Below, piece by piece: positions 18,259 to 25,260 of a stretch of 25,558 bases of DNA. The notes beneath the pieces were generated by a model that saw only the letters and a program-made list of their open reading frames with translations, searched no databases and had not been told where the DNA came from. How positions within the stretch are numbered: the first letter of the stretch is position 1; every line of letters begins with the position of its first letter. Source of the stretch: a virus (Duplodnaviria; Caudoviricetes). The stretch is from the IMG/VR virus record IMGVR_UViG_3300042334_000269, positions 1-25,558 of that record. One strand, written 5' to 3'. A program made the position numbers and the translations under genes.

Positions 18259-19056
18259 TTAGTTATTGAGGTTACGAACCAACTCCATAGCCGCCTTATG
18301 CGCGTCATCAATACTAGCATGACTACCAGTAACCGAAGTAGCCGCAAGGCCACCCGGACTAGTAGCACCCATAGGTACCTGCTTAGACTGAAGATACTTA
18401 TTAAGCACTCCCTGCTCCACCTGAGTATACATCTGCTGTGCAGCAAACAAATCCCCATCAGTAGCATACGCAAGACTATAAATATGCTCAATGTCCGAAT
18501 CATTATAATGCGGATACTGGGCACGAATCTGAGTCTCCTCAGACTCTAACTCGGACAGCATCTCCTGATGCTGCTGAGCCTCTACAATCTCAGACCTGAA
18601 CTGGCGCATCTGCTCCAACTCGGCCTGTAACGCTGGCGGAAGAGAATCGTAACCCTCTCCATTATTAGGAACAACGTCTTCACTAGGCTGCTGTGCTGTC
18701 ACTGGGGATTCCTGCTGCGATGATAAGTGACGAACTACATCCCGAGCAAACTCAGGATCAGTGTCCAATCGCTGCAAGAAGCCAACCGCTTCCAACGCAT
18801 AATTAGGATCAATTCCGTACTCAGTTAACTGCTCGTACTGCTTACGCTGTTCGGCAATCTCCTGAGTCTTCCTAGTATAATCAGCCTGCATGTTCTTATA
18901 GAACGGCTGAAGATCCTCAGGAAGGTTTGTCGGATCAAGACCACTAAAGGATTCCTCAACGATCTGCTCCTCAACGGGAGTTTCGCTAACAGGCGTGTCC
19001 TCAATAACCTCATCCGGCACAAGCGCATCCATCGCGCCTTCAATATCAATCTCCAC
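18259..19056 (-). CDS. Capsid scaffolding protein (265 aa)
   Basis: Acidic and helical, with the QADYTRKTQEIAEQRK scaffold motif. Directly upstream of the capsid gene. AAGGAG SD with GTG start. Confidence 0.8.
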   Translation of the reverse strand: MEIDIEGAMDALVPDEVIEDTPVSETPVEEQIVEESFSGLDPTNLPEDLQPFYKNMQADYTRKTQEIAEQRKQYEQLTEYGIDPNYALEAVGFLQRLDTDPEFARDVVRHLSSQQESPVTAQQPSEDVVPNNGEGYDSLPPALQAELEQMRQFRSEIVEAQQHQEMLSELESEETQIRAQYPHYNDSDIEHIYSLAYATDGDLFAAQQMYTQVEQGVLNKYLQSKQVPMGATSPGGLAATSVTGSHASIDDAHKAAMELVRNLNN

Positions 19057-19059
19057 TAT

Positions 19060-19578
19060 CTACTCCTTATTCGCTAAGAGTCCCGCGTATTCGGGTTGCT
19101 CCTCTACTTCTACATCAATAATCTCATCAGCACGATCAATCGCCGTACTAACAAGACCATCAACAAATGCGCCCATAAGTTCCTTAACATCACTCTTACT
19201 AGGAAGCACATAAGTATTCTCAGTGCGCTTCGTAGCAAGCCCGGACGCAAGACGAATCTTATCATCCATGATACCAACCACAGTAGCGATGGCAGACAAC
19301 TGCTTCGATTCGGCTTGAGGAATAAGTTCCTCCAACTTAAGCATAGCCTGTTCGCGTACCCGATTAGCGTGATGCACAAACTCGTAAGCATCATTTGCAA
19401 TAATATCACTCAACTCTTCAGGAGGACCATTAGCCTCCCACTCCTTCGTCCAATAACGCAACGTCCCATGAGGAATGCCAAACTCTCTACTAGTCTTACG
19501 AACATTCTTATCATTAGCAATCCACTGAACATAAATCTGCGCCTTAGCCTCATCCGTCCACTCAGTCCTAGAAGCCAA
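19060..19578 (-). CDS. HTH DNA-binding protein, candidate terminase small subunit (172 aa)
   Basis: N-terminal HTH (WTDEAKAQ...NVRKTSREFGIPHGTLRYW), two oligomerisation-like helices (LSAIATVVGIMDDKIRLASG) and an acidic tail EIIDVEVEE. GAGGAGG SD with TTG start overlapping the portal end. Confidence 0.6.
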   Translation of the reverse strand: MASRTEWTDEAKAQIYVQWIANDKNVRKTSREFGIPHGTLRYWTKEWEANGPPEELSDIIANDAYEFVHHANRVREQAMLKLEELIPQAESKQLSAIATVVGIMDDKIRLASGLATKRTENTYVLPSKSDVKELMGAFVDGLVSTAIDRADEIIDVEVEEQPEYAGLLANKE

Positions 19579-21907
19579 CCTTACGCGCCTCCTCTAACAT
19601 AGCAGTACGCTGCTGCTGAGAATTCTGCATATCCTGCTCCATAATCTTATTAAGAAGATCCTGTTGAATCTTAGACTGATCACCCGGAAGCCCCTCACCA
19701 ACATTAGGCTTATCCTTATTATCAATAACCACCGTATCAAGCGGCGGCTCCAACAACTCTTCAGGAGTAACATTCTCAACACCAGCCTGATTAAGCATCT
19801 TAGAACCAACAGTCGGACCAACAGCGCCACGCAACTGCAGCGACACACGAGGCGGCTCAACCGGAGGATTAGACTCAGCAGTCATAGCCTGCATCGTCAA
19901 CTCGTAATGCTTATAGAAACGGCCCTGAACATCAGGAGGTAACAACTCGAACTCTGCACTCTTCATAAACCCACCATGAGTATCAAGATGCGCCTGCTTA
20001 TTCTCAAACGTCAACGGCTGCAACCCAGCATCCATACTCTGCTGCAACACAGCAGGATCCATCTGCATAGGCTCACCAGTCTCAGGATCAAACTCGGGAT
20101 TCTGCATCTGACTCATCATCTGAGCCTGAGCATCCCCAGCAGCCGCAACATTAATAACCATACCATCAATCAACTTATCATGCTCACGCATAGCCTGATC
20201 CTCATCCGCCTGAAACTGTGCCTGAAGCGTCTTAAAATCAGCCATATCCATATACTTATACGCCTTACTCGGAGTAATCATACCCATATTAAGCATCTGC
20301 ATAACACGAGCCTGCTTACCAGCACGAGTACGCGGCAACCCAGAACCAGCCTCAACCTTCATCTGAACACCAGACAAAACATCCGCATGCTCAAACTGTT
20401 CAACACGAGGCTTAGAACCAGCACCACCACTAAGCATCATAAGACGAGGCTCAGTATAATACGTCTGCGCCAACGCGAGCATAAGGTTACCCGAACGCTC
20501 CAACGCCTTCTCCATCATAAGAACCTGAGGAGCAAGACGATCAGTAGCCGCCTCCTGAAGAAGATCAATAGCAACACCAGCCTCAACATTCGGAGGCACA
20601 GTACCCTGCATAATCTCCGACAAACCAAAGACATCCTTCAAACGCTGACCCATATCCTGCAAGTGCTGCACCACATAACCCGGCAAGCCCGGAATAGGCA
20701 TAGCCTCAGGAACCTTACCAGCAACCGGATTATACTCAAAAATAGCACCCGGCTCATCAGTCATACGCTGACGAAGAGAACCAACCGGAGCCAACATCTG
20801 CGGCTTCAACGTAAGATTCTTATACTCAATCAACTGAGACAACGTACGATTCAATTCCTTCTGCAACGGCACAGCCTGCTCAACAACACTAGAATCCCAC
20901 AACTGACCCGGTACACGCATACCCGGAAACTTCACCAGCGGCAACTCCTTAAACGGATACGGCCACGGAGCATCATAAAGAATAATACTAGGATCCTTAG
21001 TAAACATAACCACACGACCCTCAGGACGCTCAGGCGTAGGCAAGAAGTAACCATAAAACACCTGACGAACATTCTCCTTAGTCTGATTACTATTACTAGT
21101 AAACAACCCCGGCAACGCCTCATCAGGATAAGTATTAACAGCATTCGGCTTCAACTTAACACCAAACCGCTTCTCAACCTCATCAACACTCATAGCATGA
21201 GAACAAATAGCAAACTTACAATCCTCAAACACCTTAGCCGTATCATCCAAATACACATCAAAAGGACTCATCACATCAATACGAACATCACCCTCAAACA
21301 CCTCACGCTCAAACTGGTCAGCCTCAACACCCATAGCCTCCAAATTATCACGATACAAACGCTCAACAAGAGGATCAATAATAGGATTATTATTATCAGG
21401 ATCCAACAATAACTTCATACTAGAACCCGTCTTATCATCCCAACTAATCTTCCAAAAACCATTACCACAAATAATAGCCCACAACATAGCCTCTTCACGC
21501 TTCTCACTAAGACTAAACCGATCCCACCAAAAATCCAGAAGACTCTCAGCAACATCAACAGCCTTCAAATTCTCAAACGAAGCCTGTACCGGAGTAGCAA
21601 AAAACGTAGGCTTAGACTTAGTAAGCCGAGCCAACAAGCCCATACTATTAGGAGCAATCTGATTAGCAACAATACGCACACGATAACGCGGCTTCTCCCC
21701 ATCCTCAGTCGCCAACGACTCCAACCGACGAGAACGCTTATTATAAAACACGTACTGCTTACCCTTATAAAACGCAAGATTAATCTTCCAGACACGCTCC
21801 ATAAGATCGCGCTGCCGCTGCAAATCATCCACGCGCTTAACGAGACTGGCAGCCGAAGCATAGCCAGCAGGCACATCCTCCATAAAATTGTCACCAGTCT
21901 CAAACAA
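19568..21907 (-). CDS. Portal protein (P22-like, 779 aa)
   Basis: AFYKGKQY, IVANQIAP, ICGNGFWKISWD, DVMSPFDVYLD, PLQKELNR motifs and a Gln/Met-rich C-terminal barrel-like region. Downstream of terminase. Confidence 0.9.
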   Translation of the reverse strand: MFETGDNFMEDVPAGYASAASLVKRVDDLQRQRDLMERVWKINLAFYKGKQYVFYNKRSRRLESLATEDGEKPRYRVRIVANQIAPNSMGLLARLTKSKPTFFATPVQASFENLKAVDVAESLLDFWWDRFSLSEKREEAMLWAIICGNGFWKISWDDKTGSSMKLLLDPDNNNPIIDPLVERLYRDNLEAMGVEADQFEREVFEGDVRIDVMSPFDVYLDDTAKVFEDCKFAICSHAMSVDEVEKRFGVKLKPNAVNTYPDEALPGLFTSNSNQTKENVRQVFYGYFLPTPERPEGRVVMFTKDPSIILYDAPWPYPFKELPLVKFPGMRVPGQLWDSSVVEQAVPLQKELNRTLSQLIEYKNLTLKPQMLAPVGSLRQRMTDEPGAIFEYNPVAGKVPEAMPIPGLPGYVVQHLQDMGQRLKDVFGLSEIMQGTVPPNVEAGVAIDLLQEAATDRLAPQVLMMEKALERSGNLMLALAQTYYTEPRLMMLSGGAGSKPRVEQFEHADVLSGVQMKVEAGSGLPRTRAGKQARVMQMLNMGMITPSKAYKYMDMADFKTLQAQFQADEDQAMREHDKLIDGMVINVAAAGDAQAQMMSQMQNPEFDPETGEPMQMDPAVLQQSMDAGLQPLTFENKQAHLDTHGGFMKSAEFELLPPDVQGRFYKHYELTMQAMTAESNPPVEPPRVSLQLRGAVGPTVGSKMLNQAGVENVTPEELLEPPLDTVVIDNKDKPNVGEGLPGDQSKIQQDLLNKIMEQDMQNSQQQRTAMLEEARKVGF

Positions 21908-21918
21908 ATTAAATCCCC

Positions 21919-22218
21919 CTAGATAAATTCAATATCACTCGGCAATAAACCAGCCTGTGATAACAAGTCCTTATACTCAGCAGGATCAATAATACCCTGA
22001 CGCAACGCCCAATCAGCGTCCTGCTCATCCTCATTAACACGCAACTGACCCATAGGAGCATCACTTAGAGGCTTTGCGCCCTCCAACCTTAACCGCTCCA
22101 ACCGCAGCCTCTCCTCCTCCAACGCCAACATCCGCTCCGTCCACACCCTCTGCGTGTCCAGAATCTCCGTCATCACGCTTAACAAGAGAGTATCCTGCCT
22201 TCTCTGCCAACCAAACAA
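21919..22218 (-). CDS. Hypothetical coiled-coil protein (99 aa)
   Basis: AAGGAG SD 7 nt before TTG at 22218 (alternative ATG at 22173). Ends 11 nt before the portal start. Confidence 0.7.
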   Translation of the reverse strand: MFGWQRRQDTLLLSVMTEILDTQRVWTERMLALEEERLRLERLRLEGAKPLSDAPMGQLRVNEDEQDADWALRQGIIDPAEYKDLLSQAGLLPSDIEFI

Positions 22219-22369
22219 TAGTAGACTCCTTCATAAACATAGTACGATTATTACGCGGCGGACGATACATAATAGTCCGAATACCAGTATCCAGAATCAT
22301 CTCACCCCGCACAGCCATCTCACCCGTAATCATATCATAAACACGACCACTCTCATACTTCTCTAACAT
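22061..22369 (-). CDS. Hypothetical protein (102 aa; start moved to ATG 22369)
   Basis: TAATG coupling with the terminase stop. Ordered-looking N-terminal ~60 aa, then a Gly/Ala/Asp low-complexity tail overlapping the next gene. Confidence 0.65.
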   Translation of the reverse strand: MLEKYESGRVYDMITGEMAVRGEMILDTGIRTIMYRPPRNNRTMFMKESTIVWLAEKAGYSLVKRDDGDSGHAEGVDGADVGVGGGEAAVGAVKVGGRKASK

Positions 22370-23829
22370 TACCACATACTCCCCATATCGTCATCAACAA
22401 AATTCTCTTTACGACTGGCTCCCGGCCTGTCAGCCAGCACCCAGTCAGGCAAATTATTATTAGGCTTAGCCTCTGTAGCATAGTCTCCGAGCAAGGCTCC
22501 AGCGCATCTGAGCGCGATCTCAACACTATCCAAGCAGTCATCCTTAGGTTTGCTCATACTAGCATCATAATTGATCCACTCGTCAATAAAATCACGATGA
22601 TCCTTCTTGACTCGGATCTTACCAATACGAAATAGTGGACTCATAGCGAGGATCCGCTCGTACTTCTTACCTTTAGCGAAGATAGGAACAATGGGAGGCA
22701 TCGAAGGTAAACGTTCAGCCTGCTGAACCAGCGCAGCCTGATAAGCATTCGACTCAATGCCGATGATTTCAGGCTTCCAATTAATATAATACTCTTCGAT
22801 TCTCTCCAATTGTTCCGCGAACGGGATACGCGCCGCGTATTGCTCTAATAAGAAGACTTGATTAGAGTTTGATACGCCTACGACGCTGATAACGAACCTG
22901 TCGCCCTTCCCACTCATGCTAACTGCTGGGTCTACGCCCATATATTTGCGTAGTTTTAAGGGTTTCCCCTCATCATCCCGCAAATCTTCTTCTGTATAGT
23001 ACTTTAACCAGTCTCCTGCTAAGTCTCGGCCAGCCATGCTGTCAAAAGCAGCACAATACTCTTGATTAAACAAGAGTGGATGATACCGACGCTTAACATA
23101 CTCCCACTCTGTCTTAGCGAAGTAAGGATTATCAATACTACGATACTCTACCCGACCAATATTATGATCCTTCATAGCATCCGTACCCCAGAACTCGTCA
23201 TAAAACCAGTTCTTACCATCCGGAGTAGTAGTAGTTACAAGCATTCCCTGCTTATCACTCAGAGAGGGGCGAGTAACCAGCCACGCTTCCTCTGATTTAA
23301 TGAAAGCAGCCTCATCCATCCAAAGAATATCCAAACCTGCACCACGAAGAGACTGTGGATCCTCCGCCGACTTGAACTCAACGAGCGAACCATTAGCAAA
23401 TTCGAACCTTAAATCTCCACGATTCTCCTTAACATCCTTACCAATAATCAAACCAGCATCAGTAATGACCTTACGCATAGTAAGATACGAAGGACGACCC
23501 ACCTTATACGACGCACTCAAAGCCCACACCCACAAAGGATCATCCCGATCAGTACCATGAAGATCCTTATGAAACTGTTCTGGAAACAAACAATAGAATA
23601 ATACTTCCCAAGCAGCACTAAGAGTCTTACCACCACGCCGCCCCGCTACCAAGTGCCTAAACCGCACCAACCTACCATCAATACTATTAGCATGAAACAA
23701 GGTTTGCCAATAATGCGGCAAGTAACCAACACTAAGAAACCAACCAAACTTCTCAGGAAACGCACCAAGCATCTCACCAAGCATAACCTTATCAACACTA
23801 ACACCCTTACGAAAAGAATAATCAGGCAT
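22369..23829 (-). CDS. terL: Terminase large subunit (486 aa; start moved to ATG 23829)
   Basis: Walker A VAGRRGGKT, Walker B ILWMDEAAF, coupling motif TTTP, and RNase-H nuclease acidic residues GVDPA / IESN / DDCLDS. AAGGA SD before ATG 23829. Confidence 0.95.
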   Translation of the reverse strand: MPDYSFRKGVSVDKVMLGEMLGAFPEKFGWFLSVGYLPHYWQTLFHANSIDGRLVRFRHLVAGRRGGKTLSAAWEVLFYCLFPEQFHKDLHGTDRDDPLWVWALSASYKVGRPSYLTMRKVITDAGLIIGKDVKENRGDLRFEFANGSLVEFKSAEDPQSLRGAGLDILWMDEAAFIKSEEAWLVTRPSLSDKQGMLVTTTTPDGKNWFYDEFWGTDAMKDHNIGRVEYRSIDNPYFAKTEWEYVKRRYHPLLFNQEYCAAFDSMAGRDLAGDWLKYYTEEDLRDDEGKPLKLRKYMGVDPAVSMSGKGDRFVISVVGVSNSNQVFLLEQYAARIPFAEQLERIEEYYINWKPEIIGIESNAYQAALVQQAERLPSMPPIVPIFAKGKKYERILAMSPLFRIGKIRVKKDHRDFIDEWINYDASMSKPKDDCLDSVEIALRCAGALLGDYATEAKPNNNLPDWVLADRPGASRKENFVDDDMGSMW

Positions 23830-23837
23830 AACAATCC

Positions 23838-23975
23838 TTAATGTGGACGATGCCCCGCACACTTAGGACACTTAGAATAATAATGAGGATGCTCTAAGTC
23901 ACAAGAGTGACAATACCAAGGCTCCTTCTTAACATTTTTAATGCGGCGCTTAGGCTGCACATTACTACCAAACAT
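23838..23975 (-). CDS. 45-aa Cys4 zinc-finger protein, RanBP2-like spacing (not in ORF track)
   Basis: AGGAG SD 6 nt before ATG: MFGSNVQPKRRIKNVKKEPWYCHSCDLEHPHYYSKCPKCAGHRPH*. Fills the gap between neighbours. Confidence 0.8.
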   Translation of the reverse strand: MFGSNVQPKRRIKNVKKEPWYCHSCDLEHPHYYSKCPKCAGHRPH

Positions 23976-23984
23976 CACTTACTC

Positions 23985-24575
23985 CTAACTAACTAAAGCA
24001 ATTTTTAACCATGTATGCTCATTACTAGCAATTACACTAACTGAAGCGCCTCCGGCCCATAAACCAACACCAATAGTGTCTCCAGCACTAGCATACCAAA
24101 AATCAGCACCCGCCCTAATACCATACGCAGCACTAATAGTAAACGTAGTTTTACGAAGACCATTAATCTTTAACCATAACTGCTCATAACTAACATTACT
24201 ATAAGCACTTGCAGAAATAGAATACAAACCACTAACAGGACATTTAAACGTACCAGCGCTCGTATCAAACTGACCCATACCAGTTCCAGCAGAAACATTC
24301 CTAGAACTCATAATATTATTATAAGGAATAGTAGTACCGTCTCCAACAATACTAACATTACTACTCCTACCTACAAAAACAATAGGATTAGTATTAACAT
24401 TAAAATAACCACTAGCGTCAACATTAGGAATAAACAACCAAGAAGAGCCAGTATACTGATATAATTTATTAGTATCTGTTTCATAAAACTGTTGACCCGT
24501 ACTCATACCAGTCATAGAAGCACGATCCGCCGCCAAACCAGCAGTAACACCCAAACCACCAAAAGCCTTAGCCAC
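23985..24575 (-). CDS. Small fibre/decoration-like protein with C1q-like domain (196 aa)
   Basis: Fibre module GQQFYETDTNKLYQYTGSSW and C1q signature FDTSAGTFKCPVSGLYSISASAY...GDTIGV. GGGGGTGG SD with GTG start. Confidence 0.7.
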   Translation of the reverse strand: MAKAFGGLGVTAGLAADRASMTGMSTGQQFYETDTNKLYQYTGSSWLFIPNVDASGYFNVNTNPIVFVGRSSNVSIVGDGTTIPYNNIMSSRNVSAGTGMGQFDTSAGTFKCPVSGLYSISASAYSNVSYEQLWLKINGLRKTTFTISAAYGIRAGADFWYASAGDTIGVGLWAGGASVSVIASNEHTWLKIALVS

Positions 24576-24608
24576 AAACCACCCCCTAAAAAAAATAACC
24601 CTCTACCT

Positions 24609-24640
24609 ATAATAATGCACCAAACCAACAAAATGTAACA
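24609..24640 (-). promoter_or_regulatory. Possible late-operon promoter
   Basis: Minus strand TGTTACA...TATTAT (TAnnnT) about 35 nt upstream of the first late gene. The -35 match is poor, so the call is mainly positional. Confidence 0.3.
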
Positions 24641-24700
24641 TCAAAGTATAAAGTGCTAAATTTATCTGCACCCCATTGTATATATATATGTGACTTGGAA

Positions 24701-25248
24701 CGGGGGTATAGGTATGTATATACCTATCATAGACTTATTTTACTTTCTTTGCGCCTATCCGGGGGTACCAGTCAGAGACTGGTCGATTTTATATATATAA
24801 GAAGCCTTACTACTACTATGTAGTAGTAATATATATAACAGCCGGTATACTAAGAGTAACTACTCTTAGTATATATATATATACTCTACTAGTAGAGTAT
24901 AGTCTTACTAACTATGTTAGTAGAATCTTTATAGTATCATAACTATCTCTTATCTAATAATTATTAGATAAGGTTTATCCTTACTTTGTAAGGATACTAG
25001 CCAATTAGTTATACTAACGTAGTTAGTATATGCTTAGCACTTTAGTGCTACTTTGGTTCTGTAGTCTATCTCTTATCTTAGTTACAAAGAGAGTGACTTT
25101 GTCATCTCTTTGTCTAAGATGATAGAGATAGGTTTATACTCTCTATCTCTATAGATAGAGAGTATAGGGAGAATCCGCCGAATCCCCTTATCTCTCTTAG
25201 GTTTATATTTCTTCGAACGAAGTGAGAAGAAATAGAAACCAAGAGAGA
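24701..25248. repeat. Dense array of ~12 short inverted repeats/palindromes with interspersed (TA)n tracts in the divergent intergenic region
   Basis: Hand-verified inverted repeats at 24708-24727, 24767-24783, 24807-24829, 24846-24873, 24880-24901, 24906-24922, 24949-24972, 24976-24996, 25010-25030, 25035-25050, 25066-25131 (bulged), 25135-25166 and 25191-25248 (bulged). Confidence 0.9.
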
Positions 25249-25260
25249 AAGAAGAAGAGA

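Noticed and set aside
19060-19578. IS3-family transposase OrfA
   Set aside because: The HTH is similar, but there is no DDE OrfB, terminal inverted repeats or target duplication, and the gene is tightly coupled within the head operon.
19976-21412. 478-aa plus-strand ORF antisense to the portal
   Set aside because: Leu/His/Ile/Thr/Arg-rich shadow translation produced by the portal's biased codons, with no recognisable motif. The same applies to 3977-4807, 17573-18262 and the other plus-strand ORFs before 25261.
394-23834. Many short minus-strand Leu/Val/Arg-rich ORFs nested in real genes that look like membrane peptides
   Set aside because: Frame-shifted readings of T-ending codons put T in the second position and give poly-Leu/Val/Ile. 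They are artefacts.
23830-23862. N-terminal extension MCGASSTLRIV of TerL given in the ORF track
   Set aside because: It overlaps the Zn-finger gene. ATG 23829 has an AAGGA SD and fits the operon packing.
236-24575. Stop-codon reassignment
   Set aside because: Genes are full-length and tightly packed under the standard code, with TAA, TAG and TGA all used as stops.
24608-24613. Perfect TATAAT on the plus strand
   Set aside because: No -35 or extended -10 context, and such a match is expected by chance in AT-rich DNA. It cannot be excluded as a start for a transcript across the hairpin array, but is unsupported.
24701-25248. CRISPR or other guide-RNA array, or tRNA cluster
   Set aside because: No identical repeats with regular unique spacers, no cas or effector gene nearby, and no cloverleaf or T-loop (GTTCRA) signature.
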